The notes below the pieces were generated by a model that saw only the letters and a program-made list of their open reading frames with translations, was not told the origin of the DNA and made no database searches. 64,000 nucleotides of DNA from Octopus sinensis (lineage: Eukaryota), in contig NC_043006.1 of NCBI RefSeq assembly GCF_006345805.1, positions 73,346,001-73,410,000 of the forward strand, read 5' to 3'. A program made the position numbers and the translations under genes. Of this stretch, positions 12,623 through 25,670 are shown piece by piece. How positions within the stretch are numbered: the first letter of the stretch is position 1; each line of letters starts with the position of its first letter.

Positions 12623-12681
12623 ATTCCACTGATGAGGCAAAGCATTTCTTATGCAAAAGTCAGAAATCTGGGATCTGGAAT
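12623..12681 (+). ncRNA. Type I hammerhead ribozyme motif
   Basis: attcca CTGATGA ggc..gcat-ttctt-atgc..gtc a GAAA tc-tgg-ga TC tggaat: perfect 6-bp stem I, AUC triplet, one extra A before G12; insert ~12585-12905 lies in (TA)n. Confidence 0.7.
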
Positions 12682-12903
12682 TATCCAGTAATTTTTTTGC
12701 TAGTTTATTTTGTCTTTTGTCTTCTCTCCTGGTGCTGTATGAACCTTTAATGTGACTTTAGAGTCAAGTTTTGGCTGCTATTTCCAGCGTGGAAGTATCT
12801 ATTAGATACCCTAAATTATAATTTTAATAATAGTTATTACCATTGAAGGTTTTTATTCCCATGCTGGCACTTGATAGATCGATATTTAAATTAAAGATCT
12901 TAT

Positions 12904-12950
<47 letters not shown>

Positions 12951-13396
12951 TATATATATACACACCACACAACCAAGGACAAAGAATTCGCGGAGTAAAA
13001 ATATAAATTCTCGAAAATTGATTTGTCAAGATATTATTAATTTTATCATCTGGAATGACTATAATAGCAGAATTAATAATATAGGCAATCACGGGCCCAA
13101 GAAAATCATCAAATAGTTGAGGGATTAAAATTAAAATTAATCAAAGAACTTACTAAGAGTTTTGACTGTTATTTCCAGTAGGCAGACATACTTAGTATGT
13201 CCTTTGATTAAATTTAATTATATATATATATATAATCAAAATAAACAACTAGGATATCCAGAGGTAATGCAGTACGATCGTTTCATGCGACTCCATTTAA
13301 TTGAACAATGCAAACATTACATCAATTCAAAATGTAGACCTTTCCTGCCTTTACAATACGTTTCTCATTTGCGATTAGAATAAGAATTTTCACAGG

Positions 13397-13650
13397 ATGT
13401 GACTACGGTAGGTGGCCCAGGTCTCCGAGCCGTAAAGAAGAGTAGCGAGAACTACGGATTTGTAGACGCTGATTCTTCTCTTGTTCTTCAGATTATTATT
13501 GTGTCAAACATGTTTGAACAATCTGCCAAAGGAGCTATTTGCCTTGGAGAGTCTATTGTCAATTTCCTTGTCGATCTTTGCATCGGATGAGATGATGCAG
13601 CCCAGGTATGTGAACTGTTGTGTTGATTTCAGTTCAGTACCGCAGATAGT
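13397..13650 (-). mobile_element. RTE-clade LINE fragment (C-terminal RT region)
   Basis: Minus translation QQFTYLGCIISSDAKIDKEIDNRLSKANSSFGRL...VVLATLLYGSETW with one stop. Confidence 0.85.
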
Positions 13651-13677
13651 GATGTGGTGTGGTGTGTGGTGTGGTGA

Positions 13678-14157
13678 TATATCTATCTATCTATCCGCTC
13701 AGTCGAAGTCGACTCTCGGTGAATCAGTGTCCTCCAGTCAGTTCTATCCTGGGCTGCTTCTTTCAGATTGGCTATGTCCATTCCGGTATGACTCTTGATG
13801 GTGTCAAGCCAGCGGGTTCTTGGTTGGCCTCTTCCTCTCTTGCCACTGACCATTCCGAGCATGATGTCCTTCTCCAGGGATTTTCTCCGCATAGTATGAC
13901 CGAAATATGCAATCATATGCTTGGTGATCCTAGCCTCCAGCGACAGTTTCGGCCTGATCTGCTAAGAACTTCTCCATTGGTGAGCCTCGCTGTCCATGGA
14001 ATCCGTAAAAGTCTTCTCCAACACCAAAGCTCGAATGCCTTAATTCTCTCTGGTCAGCTTTCTTTAGTGTCCAGGTCTCGCATCATATGTTGCTATTGAG
14101 AAGACAATTGCATTCACCAATCTGCATTTGGTAGCGAGTCTGATGTCTCTACTCTTG

Positions 14158-14158
<1 letters not shown>
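13678..14158 (-). mobile_element. RTE-clade LINE 3' end with (GATA)n tail
   Basis: IRLATKCRLVNAIVFSI ... YFGHTMRRKSLEKDIMLGMVSGKRGRGQPRTRWLD; frameshifted; ends in gatagatag. Confidence 0.88.
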
Positions 14159-14188
<30 letters not shown>

Positions 14189-14559
14189 TATATATATGCT
14201 CTTTTCTGCCTTCATAATATATTTCTTAGTTGAATTTCCTTTCTCACGTCCTCTCGTACCTCAAACAGTCCTTCTGTTCTGTGATTCCTTTACACACCAC
14301 GACTTCATCTGGTCTTACAAGCTCTCCACTCTCCCTACTTCTCTTTTGTCCATTCCTTTCTACTTGTTTCAGTCATTAGCTTGCGTCCATGCTGGAGCAG
14401 CACGTTGGAGGGTTTAGTCGAACAAACTAATCCTAGTACTTATTTATTAAAGCCCGGTACTTATTCCATCGGTCTGCTTTGCCGAGCCGCTAAGTTACGT
14501 GGACATAAATAAACCAACACCAGTTTTCAAGCAGTGGGATGGCATAAACAAATTCAAAA

Positions 14560-14911
14560 ACAGACATGCATACATATACACACACGCACACACGCGCATA
14601 TATACATACATACATAATACACACACACACCACGCGCATATATACATACATACATAATACACACCCACACACCACACGCGCATATATATACATACATACA
14701 TAATACACACACACACACACACACACATATACACTACATACAAATACACACACACACACAACACACCCACACATAATACTACATACCTAATACACACCAC
14801 AACACCACACATATATACATAATACATATACCACACCACACACACACACACAATATATACATACATACATAATACCACACACACACACACATATATACAT
14901 ACATACATAAT

Positions 14912-14942
<31 letters not shown>

Positions 14943-14992
14943 CATACATAATACACCACACACACACACACATATATACATACATACATAAT

Positions 14993-15023
<31 letters not shown>

Positions 15024-15690
15024 CATACATACATAATACACACACACACACACACACACATATATACATACATACATAATACACCACACACACACACACA
15101 CACATATACATACATACATAATACACACACACACACACACACACATATATACATACATACATAATACACACACACACACACACATATACATACATACATA
15201 ATACACACACACACACACACATATACATACATACATAACACACACACACACACACACATATACATACATAATACACACACACACACATATACATACATAC
15301 ATAATACACACACACACACACCAATATACATACATACAAATACACACACACAACACATATACATACATAATAATACACACACACACACATATACATACAT
15401 ACATAATACACACACACACACACATATATACATACATACATAATACACACACACACACACATATACATACATACATAATACACACACACACACACACACA
15501 TATACATACATACATAATACACACACACACACATATACATACATACATAATACCACACACATACATTTACATACATAATACATACACACACACACATACA
15601 TACTACATAATACACACACACCACATAATACACACACACACACATACATACATACATAATACACACACACACATATATAATATATATATA

Positions 15691-15725
<35 letters not shown>
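14560..15725. repeat. Compound (CA)n/(CATA)n minisatellite followed by (TA)n
   Basis: Repeated module (CA)n-TATA-CATA-CATA-CATAATA of variable length; source of the spurious C/V/M/Y ORFs. Confidence 0.95.
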
Positions 15726-15727
<2 letters not shown>

Positions 15728-15728
<1 letters not shown>

Positions 15729-16468
15729 CTTAGAATAACTTAGAAAGGTTTTGGCCAGTATTGGCCCAGGCCATGTCTAACTTAATAGCACCACTGGCGA
15801 AGTCTTTCAGTTCAGGATTTGGGCACCAAGGCCCATTCGAGCAGAGAGTTATTGTTTGCGGAGACATATCCGGGTGTGGGTGGTTTGTCCGGTACTGTTT
15901 GAAGGAATTTGTCCAAAGACTTCTTGAATTTTGTGTGGTCAGTTCTTTTTTGACGTGCCCTGGTGTAATGTTGAAGAGAGCGGGTCCAATTGGTGAAATA
16001 GTTGTGCCGTATTGTCGTTATGTGATGCGATTTAGATTTTTGTTGTGGACGGATGGCACGTGGTCCAAGCCTTGGATGCATTTTGAAGGTGATGCCAACA
16101 TCATTCGGACAGTGCTGATGGAATATTTTCCACATCATACAGATAATGTAGCGTTCACGGCGTCGTTGGAGTGAATACAATTTCAGCTTCTCTAGTCTAC
16201 CCCAGTAGTCAAGGTCTGACATGCCATCTATCTTTTTTGTGATTGACCTTTGGGGAGCTTCAATTCTCATAATATTTTGTTTTGTGTAGGGAGACCACAG
16301 TGGACAGCAGTATTCAAGGTGGGGTCGGGCAAAAGTGGAGAAGAGAAGGATAATAGCGTGGGAATCTCTCGACTTGAAGGTTCTGAGAATCCAGGAACAC
16401 ATTCTGCGGGCCATGTCAACTTTGCTGCTTATATGTGTAGCCCAGCTTATGTTGTTGTCCACTGTTAT
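15728..16468 (-). mobile_element. CR1-group LINE 3' fragment
   Basis: ORF 15812-16504: RPHLEYCCPLWSPY, IEAPQRSITKKI, Y..RLEKLKLYSLQRRRER, FKKSLDKFL; 3' tail (TTCTAAGTTA)2 abuts (TA)n. Confidence 0.9.
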
Positions 16469-16866
16469 ATATATATACGACTGCTTCCACATAGTTTCCG
16501 TCAACTAAATTCACTCATAAGGCTAAGGTCGGCCCAGAGCTATAACAGAAGACACTTGTCAAAATTGCCGTGCAGTGGGACTGAACCTGAAATCATGTGG
16601 TTGCAAAGCAAGCTTCTTATCTACAAAACTATGCCTGCTCTTATTAAGAATAGAATTCATGTCTCTGTGACAGGAGGAAGGGTAGCGCCTATTACTCTCT
16701 TTCGATCTTCTACAAGTGTCGCGAACAAATTATCCTGAATCGCATTTAGTCCAAATAGTCTTAACCTTTGACATATTCAATCTTTAGAATCTCAACAGGT
16801 TTCGTTTTCAAATCATGAACGCTGTCTCATTGGTATATAGAAAAAGAAAAACAAACAATCCGTCCA

Positions 16867-16898
<32 letters not shown>

Positions 16899-16902
16899 CA
16901 AA

Positions 16903-17292
16903 GGAGTGGCTGTGTGGTAAGTAGCTTGCTTACCAACCACATGGTTCCTGGTTCTTTCCCACTACGTGGCACATTGGGTAAGTGTCTTCTATTATAGCCT
17001 CGGGCCGACCAATGCCTTGAGTGGATTTGGTAGACGGAAACTGAAGGAAGTCTGTCGTATATATGTATGTGTGTGTATATATTTGTGTGCCAGTGTTTGT
17101 CCCCCACCATCGCTTGACAACCGATGGTGGTGTGTTTACGTCCCCGTAACCTAGCGGTTCAGCAAAAGAGACCGATAGAATAAGTACTAGGCTTACAAAG
17201 AATAAGTCCGGAGCCGATTTGCTCGACTAAAGGCGGTGCTCCAGCATGGCCGCAGTCAAATGACTGAAACAAGTAAAAGAGTAAAAAAGAGT
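16903..17292 (+). mobile_element. SINE family A, near full length
   Basis: tRNA-like head ggagtggctgtgtggtaagtagcttgc...ggttc, core-like gtggcacattgggtaagtgtcttct, tail (gtaaaaga)n. Confidence 0.9.
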
Positions 17293-17356
17293 AACATATC
17301 ATATCTGTACTTGACTACTTCAAGTGACAATTAAAAAGAAATAGTAGCAACAACAT

Positions 17357-17912
17357 TTATTCCTTTATTAACCACGGTAGGGTTAAACAATAACAGAGAA
17401 AGGGATTAAGACGATTACATCGACCCCAGTGCGAAAGGTTGAAAAGCTGTCCCCGGCGGAATTTGAACGGAGAACGTAACAGCAGACAAAATACCTATTT
17501 CTTTACTACCCGCAAGGGGCTAAGCACAGAGGGGACAAACAAGGACAGACAAACGGATTAAGTCGATTAGATCAACCCCATTGTGTAACTGGGACTTAGT
17601 TTATCGACCCCGAAAGGATAAAATGCAAAGTCGACCTCGGCGGAATTTGAACTCAGAACGTAACGGCAGACGAAATACCTATTTCTTTACAACCCGCAAG
17701 GGGCTAAACACAGAGGGGACAAACAAGGACAGACAGACAAACGGATTAAGTCGATTAGATCAACCCCATTGTGTAACTGGGACTTAGTTTATCAACCCCG
17801 AAAGGATGAAATGCAAAGTCGACCTCGGCGGAATTTGAACTCAGAACGTAACGGCAGACGAAATACCGCTAAGGATTTCGCCCGACGTGCTATCGTTTCT
17901 GCCCGCTCGCCG
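17357..17912 (-). mobile_element. SINE family B trimer
   Basis: Three body units joined at gaaatacc|tatttc, with one head. Confidence 0.85.
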
Positions 17913-18584
17913 ATTTACAGAAACCATCGTATTAATAATATATATATATTTGGCATCAGAGACCTGTCTGGAGTATTGTTTCATAGAAGTTTATAGCCGT
18001 ATTTGTTATTTAAATTAATATTTATGTCTAAGTTTGAAAAAAATCGTAAAATATATTCCAGCAACTGTTTTCACAATATCTTCTGCATTTTGTATGAAGA
18101 TATTTCATGTTTTTCCTTTTCCTTCTGTTCTCTTTTACAATTTGGACGCAACACAATATGTCACTATATAAATAAGTGATATGTCACTTGTGTCTTTCCG
18201 GGGAAAAGAATCTGTCAATTATAAATGACTCATTCCAAACGTATTTTTAATTCTACACATCTTTCCAAACATATACGTGAGATCGAACACACACACACAT
18301 GCCCACGCACACACACACACACAAACACATACGCACACACACAAATATATATATATATATATATATAACATATATATATACAAATTATTAAGATGGCTTA
18401 TTCGCAGTTTTCAACCAAAACGCACAAGTATAGATCGCTTGCTGTAGCGTGCTTGTCTCCCTTGGCAGTTGTTAGATAAGTGCCTCCCCGTCTCTAAGGG
18501 TTGTTCTCACTTATTTCTAACAATGCTGGTGCTGACTTGCAGCATTAATCACCTTAGTGACGTCTGGATCTTTCCTTTTCCCAT

Positions 18585-18618
18585 GTTTCTGACGAAAAGC
18601 CCCGTCGAAACGTTAAAT
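18585..18618 (+). ncRNA. Degenerate minimal hammerhead motif in (TA)n-flanked insert 18381-18720
   Basis: gttt CTGACGA aaagccccgtc GAAA cg TT aaat: core and 4-bp stem I intact, palindromic ACGT stem III, stem II decayed. Confidence 0.45.
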
Positions 18619-19104
18619 CCTCCTTCGTTCTTTCCTTTCCTGAGCGTCCAATAACACTATACCTGTTCCACGTCCTCGCATTGTTGTGTTTTTTCTTTGT
18701 GTTTTCATGTTTGGATTAAGTATATATATATATATATATGTGTGTTGTGTGTGTGCATGTGTGAGTATGTGTTTGTGTCTGTGTCTGTGGATGTCTGTGT
18801 CTATGGATGTCTGTGTGTATAAACCGACGTAGAAGACGAAAATATGAAAACATGGCAGACTTACCTGCTACTCCGTAGATAGAAACAGCTATATATGTAT
18901 GTGTGTGTGTGTGTGCCTGTGCGTGTGCGTGCGCGTGTGCGTGCGCGCGTGTGTGTATGTATGCGTTGGAGTGCATCCAAAGGTCAAGTACGTATGAGAC
19001 AAAGGATATCATAAGAGTTGTAAAGGAACTGTTTACAAAGTATTCCTAACCGATGATCCAAGACAAACCCCTTGGAATTTAGACAGCTGTACCGGCAGCA
19101 TACT

Positions 19105-19518
19105 TATTTCTTTATTGCACACAAGGGGCTAAACATAGAAGGGACAAACAAGGACAGACAAAGGGATTAAGTCGATTACATCGACCTCAGTGCGCAACTA
19201 GAACTTAATTTATCGACCCCGTAAGAATGAAAGGCAAAGTCGACCTCGGCGGAATTTGAACTCAGAACGTAACGACAGACGAAATACCTATTTCTTTACT
19301 ACCCACAAGGGACTAAACACAGAGAGGACGAAGAAGGACAGACAAACGGAATAAGTCGATTATATCGACCCCAGTACGTAACTGGTACTTATTTAATCGA
19401 CCCCGGAAGGATGAAAGGCAAAGTCGACCTCGGTTGAATTTGAACTCAGAATGTAACGGCAGACGAAATACAGCTACGCATTTCGCCCGGCGTGCTAACG
19501 TTTCTGCCAGCTCGCCGC
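19105..19518 (-). mobile_element. SINE family B dimer with 15-bp TSD
   Basis: taccggcagcatact at 19090-19104 and 19523-19537. Confidence 0.9.
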
Positions 19519-21848
19519 ATACTACCGGCAGCATACTATCAAATAAAAATCTTTCTGCATATCATCGGAAGGTGCATGGCTATGTTCTTGAAAACAATCA
19601 AAGTAGCAGTAAAATAAAAGACCAAAGTAAGCTGTCTTGGATCAAGAAGTGGAAATGGATGCGCCAAAAATCATGAAGTATAACAATGCAGTTAGTGCAA
19701 CAGCTGAAGCCACAGTTCACAATATGCAATCTGACATCATCAATTTTGATCCTTTTTGTATAATAGCCCGGATTTTGAAGGGTATAAATTTGCAAACCAG
19801 AAACAGGAAATAACAACAAACTACCTGTTGTGTAAAAGGAATAGAGATGTAGGTAAAATTTTTTATTGATGTTAATAATTATTGGAATACTCGGAGATGT
19901 ACTTAATTTCCTTGTAACGAATCAGGTGAAGTTTGGGTTCGCGAATCTAGTAAAAACACGACTAATTAAGTAGTTACAATAAAAACTCGTCAATGGCACT
20001 GTGAAAACATGTAAAACATTCCAGAAGTTTAGCACTTAATAATTGCTTGTACACACGTGTGCATATAAGGAAACACACACATACAAATATATACAGCAGT
20101 GTTACAGTGTGTATGTGAGTGTGTATCAGTATGCAAATACACACACATGTGTATGTGTGTATATATGTATGCGTGTGTGTATGTGTGTGTATGTACTTTT
20201 GTATATGTTAAAACACATCCGCACCTGATATGGTATGCTTGTGATCTACCTACCTACCTACCTACCTACCTGCCTACCTACCTACCTACCTACCTACCTA
20301 CCTACCTACCTACCTACCTACCTACCTACATACCTAAGTACCTACTTACCTACCTGCAAGCATGCATTCATAATAATATATGCACGCATGTAAGTATGCA
20401 TGCGGGCATACATACATGCTTGCATGTGTACACACACACACTCACACACACATATATATCTATATATATAAAACTAATCCATTCTTGTTGCTTCTTTCTC
20501 GTATATATCTATATATATATAGACACACATATCTAGATATATATACATATCTATATATATATACACACACATATCTAGATATATATACATTAATACATAC
20601 ATCTGTACAAGTATACATATATGCATACCTACAAACATACATACGCATATAATACAATGTCTCTGTGTGCACAGCTGCTATCACACTGGAACATCTAGGA
20701 GTTATGTACAAAGTTTGTGATAATGAAATTTTCCAACGTAAAGCCACACAAACGAATAACAAAACGAGAAAAAAACATGTAAACAATCTCCATTGCACAG
20801 CTAGACATTTCGAAACCATGATAATGAATGAGATATAAAAATAACTAGCTACACACCACACAACAATTACATTGTATGCGAAAGAAAAAAAAAGACTAAC
20901 TAAAATATTTAGGGACGCAAGATTTCATACTGCCGAGGGTAAATTGATAAGTCTTAAAACATGAACTAAACACGTTGAATGAAAATCTTCAGTACCCAAA
21001 ACAGCTGCAAGAAGAAATCATCATTAAATACGTTTGTTTCTAAGTCAAAAGCTGTATATCGGATGATGAAAGACATAATCTCGTTGAATAAATCCCCATT
21101 CTCGAGAATATGAAATTATCTTTGTCTAACATCTGAATGATACGAGAGATTTAATCTATAGTGCACCATTGTTGAATACAAGCCGAATACAATACTGTAT
21201 CAAGACTAAAACGTCAACAAAGTTTTCCTGAATCACTGAATCGAGTGTATTGTCAGAACATTTTTTTTGAAAGAAGTTTTTCTTTCAAGGTGAAATATAG
21301 TATCATTTAAAATATTCCCGTTAAAATCCCCCGGAACGTGTTAAGAATAAGTATATAATATATCATCGTTTTGATACTGGCTGTTTTACGTGCGCACGAT
21401 AATTTATTGTCGACTTGGCGGACATTAGTACATATCAGCAAATGATTTGTTTGCTGACTTTCATAAACAAGAACTACAGTTTTTGTTTAGTTCAAAGATC
21501 TTTCGGTTTCCATCTACAAAATTCTCTCACGCGGTTTTGGTCGGCCCGCAACTATAGTAAAAGAAACGTGCCAAAGGTGCCATGCAGGGACTAAACCCGA
21601 AACTATGTGGTTGGGAAGCAAGCTTCTTACCACGCAGCCACGCATGTGTCAAACAAGATATTTCGTTATAAGATTTTGACATTTTACCGAAGATCATTCA
21701 CATGCTTGTTTTTTTTTAAAAAGCAATTAAATGTCCACTGGTTATACCAAACAGGCTGACCATTGAAATTAGCCCAGTTGCTCATAAACAGTATCACGTG
21801 AATTTTAAAAATATTAACCCAGGCATAGTTGTGTGGTAAGAAGATTGC

Positions 21849-23600
21849 TTCCGGTTTCTTAGGATTCCTTTGGCTTGTTGGTTTTGAGCGAGACGGATCA
21901 TTTTTTGGCTGTGCGTGTTTTTTGACTGTGTGACGTTTTTCCTCTTGAGATGGAGGGACTTCGAACAAGAAGTTGTGAAGTTTTGAGATGCTCTGTTTCG
22001 AGCATTGAAGGCTGCCCTTCCTTGGAATATATGTCGTCAGAAGAGGAGATGGTGGAGTGCCTGGATAGGATAGACAAGGCTTTGGAAGAAGAAGCTATGC
22101 TGCAGCGACGGAGAAGTGCGAAGAAATAAGGTTGGAGGACGTAAACAAGTACAAGAGAATGCTGAAAAGGGAGGGGAACGAAGTGAAGGCATTCCCCCCG
22201 AAGAAGTCTTAAAGGAAAAAAGCAGGAAGAATGATAGTTTATAGAACATATTCAATGGCAGCTGGAAAAATTGAAAACATGAATACGACACAGATTGAAA
22301 AGGCCTTGAGACAAGTCTGGCAAGGGATTTCGTACCTTGCCAGACGCAAAAGATTTGGAACAATTGAGGTGCAGCCTGAAAAGGTAGCTACCGCCAGGTT
22401 GCACTCAGCAACACCCCTGGAAACGAATGAGGTAGTTCTTCTACCCATGTACCTAGGGAGGCGGCGTGCTTCCAGGGTTAGAGTAGAGGAAATACTCCCA
22501 GTGATGGATGTAGCCTGGCTGGTGGCTGCTATATTACTCGGAATGGAGGAGAAGATGGTGGTACTACAGGCAACCAGAACACCTAACAGGATCTGGAAGA
22601 GACAAACCCTTAACATAGTGGTACAAATCGCGGAGGAGGACAGCGAAAAGAATGGTCGAGATTATCACAGTTGGAGAGACAGTATTAAAGGTCAGAGTGG
22701 AAGAGTGGATTCTGCGATGCAATAAATGCATCCTGAAAGGCCACATTAGAGCGGAGTGTCCACCACTACAAGAAAAAGATAGGTGATACAGAACGAAAAA
22801 GTGATTGACGCTCCACTGACCGTGGAGGAAGAAGAAAGAGATGAGGCACCACAGATGAAGACAGGCACCAGTGTCGAGAGGGAGGAAAAATCGAATACTA
22901 GCTGGGAAATGGTGGAGAAAAGCAGGAAGAGGAGAAAGACACATAGGGTAAAAAATGACCACAACCCACACCCACCCAGCCCTCACCGACACCCACTCTA
23001 CCCCAGCCACTCCCTACAGACACCAACCATTCCTATGCCTAGTTTGACAAAAAAACCCCAAAAACAAAAGAACAATTGCAACATACAGAAGCCCAAAATT
23101 TCCCCACCCTTGACCGGTAATAAAAAAAAATGTAATATTATATGACGGAGAAAATGAAAATCTTGATAACGAGATAAACTCGTAGAATGGAATTATTAAG
23201 GTGGATTTAACAAAAGTGAGGGTGTTACCCGGGCATTTGCGCTGTGTGATGGTATACCTGGGGTGCCTTGTAAAATTAACGGATTACGAGGAAGAATGCG
23301 ATTATGACCAAGAGGATAGATACCAGAACAATGGCAGACTTGATAAGACCTGTTTATATTAAAAAAATATACGACAAACGTTTTGTCTAAAAAAGAAAAC
23401 TAGCTGTTACAAAAGCAGGATTATTGGTATTTTAAATTAATGTAATTAAAAAAAGTGTTGTATAAATTAGTTGTTGCAAAAGGTTAATGTAAATGGTGTT
23501 GCAAAGGGTTCAATGAAGAGGCTCGAAGGTGGGGCCGAGCGGCTTCATTTCATCTTTCATTGTATAATTTCATTAATTCCATTCGTTTTGTTTTTCCTTG
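21849..23600 (+). mobile_element. ORF1-only non-autonomous relative of the Tx1-like LINE (copy 1, frameshifted)
   Basis: ORF 22231-22725 aligns by eye with ORF1 41943-43499 (RRKRFGTIEV vs RRGKKFGTVEV; LLPMYLGRR vs LIPYYMGMR; VVLQAT vs TLLQAT); zinc knuckle CNKCILKGHIRAEC at ~22718-22760; no EN/RT sequence before the 3' tail. Confidence 0.75.
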
Positions 23601-23669
23601 TCCCCACCTTGTGCTGTCCCCTCTATCTAAGGCCTTTATGTCCAATTTCCATGAAATAAAGAAACTCAC

Positions 23670-24680
23670 TTTCGGTTTCCCAGGATTCATTTGGTTTGTT
23701 GGTTTTGAGCGAGTCGGACGTGTGTTTTGGCTGTGCATGTTTTTTTTGGCTGTGACGTTTTCCCTCTTCTGTGATGGAGGGGTGTCGAACGAGGAGTTAT
23801 GAGAAGTTAAAGTATTCTTCCCCAGAATTCGATTCGTCTGAGGAGGAGTTGGTGGAATGCTTGAAAAATATAGACAAGGAGATGGAAATTAGGAACTATG
23901 CAGCTGCGGCTAAAGGAAAAAAAATGGGGAAGTTAATCTGGAGGAGTTGAGTTAGTTTAAGGAAATGCTTGAAAGGGAGGGGGGACGATGTAAAGTTGTC
24001 CCCCTCACCGCCAAAGAAGTATTAAAGGATAAGGAAGAAAGGGCGATTGTCTACAGAACCTACGCAGTGGAAGCAAGGAAAATTGAAGTGGTGTCGGAGG
24101 CACAGGTGGAAAAGGCACTAACGTCAATCTAGCAGGAAATATCATACCTTGCCAGGGGACGGAAATATGGAATGGTGGAGGTGCAGTTTAGAGAGATAGT
24201 AACTGCTAAACTGTACTCGGCCACACCGTTGGAAACGGATGAGGTAGTACCGCTACCTGTGGACCTTGGGAGGACATACCACCAGAAGTAAATGTAGCCT
24301 GGCTGGTGGCTGCCGTACTGCTGGGCATTGAGGAGAACGTGGTGGTCTTGCAGACCACAAGAAAAGGCTCAGGAGAGAGTGAAAGTGGTAGGGGCTCCAC
24401 AGCCCGTGGAGGAAAAGGATATGGCACGACAGATGAAGACAACTACTAGAATCGAGGAAGAGGAGTCAAACGACAGCTGGGAGATAGAGGAGAAGAAAAG
24501 AAAAAGGAGGAGGATACACGCGGTAAAGGATGACCTCCAACCAACTCACCTAGCCCACACCAACACCCACTCTACCCCAACCACTCCCTACAGACACCAA
24601 TCCACTCCATACTCCACCTGACATGAAGAGAAACACAAGCACACAGGAGCCCCAAAATTCCCCATCCTTAAAGTAAAAAC
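23670..24680 (+). mobile_element. ORF1-only element copy 2 (decayed, internally deleted)
   Basis: Shares the 5' region (ggtttc..aggattc.tttgg.ttgttggttttgagcgag) and ORF1 motifs (IVYRTY, GRKYGMVEV) with copy 1. Confidence 0.75.
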
Positions 24681-25634
24681 GATTCTGACATAATAGAAAT
24701 GATTTCTGAGTAGGACGGGGTTCTATGTTTTTTGGATTTAAATCTAGTTCTGCGAAGAACTATGAAGAAACAATGTACACACATCTGAGTAATTGGATTA
24801 TAGTGACAGTCGATTGATAAAACAGAAAATCGCAATCAGAGGAAGACAAAACAACTAACGTATACAAAAATACATACGCACACAAATACATTCACAAACG
24901 CGCATACATACATGCACACGTACATAAACACAAACACATATGTACACATACATATACACACATACACACATAAATAAATATACGCACAAACATGTTTATT
25001 TTAGGCTTTTGTTTGATCAGTAATGTTCAGATAGCAAAACGTGATGGTGTAATATTGATTTCTAACATAGGAACACAAAGTTTCCGATTGAGAAGAAAGG
25101 AGATCATGTGGCCTTCATTTTTTTTTTTGCCTTCTAAAATAAATTTGCGTAATAAATGAAATGGAATGGTTACAAACGTTAAAGAAAAAAAAATAAATGA
25201 AAGACGTTGATATTTCAAAGGCCTCGATTTACGAAGCTAGAGTTTGTGACTACACTGAATCTCATACATGTTTTTTGTTGTAAGTAGCAATAACATCAAT
25301 TTCGAGAATTCTATGAATATTTTGCATGATTCTATAGCAGTCAAATTAAAAGATTAATAATTGTAATATTCAAGTGATGCAAGAAGTAACTTATTCTTCA
25401 CGCTACCTTTTATGATTCTGAAGTTTAGTGTGACTGTTTAAATTGTTCATGAAAATGGCAGTTTAAAAAAAAAATGCACAGAACCGTTTATAGACGGAAA
25501 TGAGATTTATTTTTTCTATAGTTAAATTAAAAAATAAGAAAACACTCACAACCTATTGCGGAAAGAGAAAACATTAGATTTCAGATATATGGCAATATGT
25601 ATGTTCTATGCAAGTAGAGTACATAATACATATA

Positions 25635-25663
<29 letters not shown>

Positions 25664-25670
<7 letters not shown>

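Noticed and set aside
14490-15672. Long C/V/M/Y-rich ORFs (also 2441-2775, 27564-28220, 29138-29503 and similar)
   Set aside because: Translations of CA/TA/CATA microsatellites
19030-19090. CCGATGA followed by a tcca/tgga stem as a hammerhead
   Set aside because: No GAAA or stem III follows
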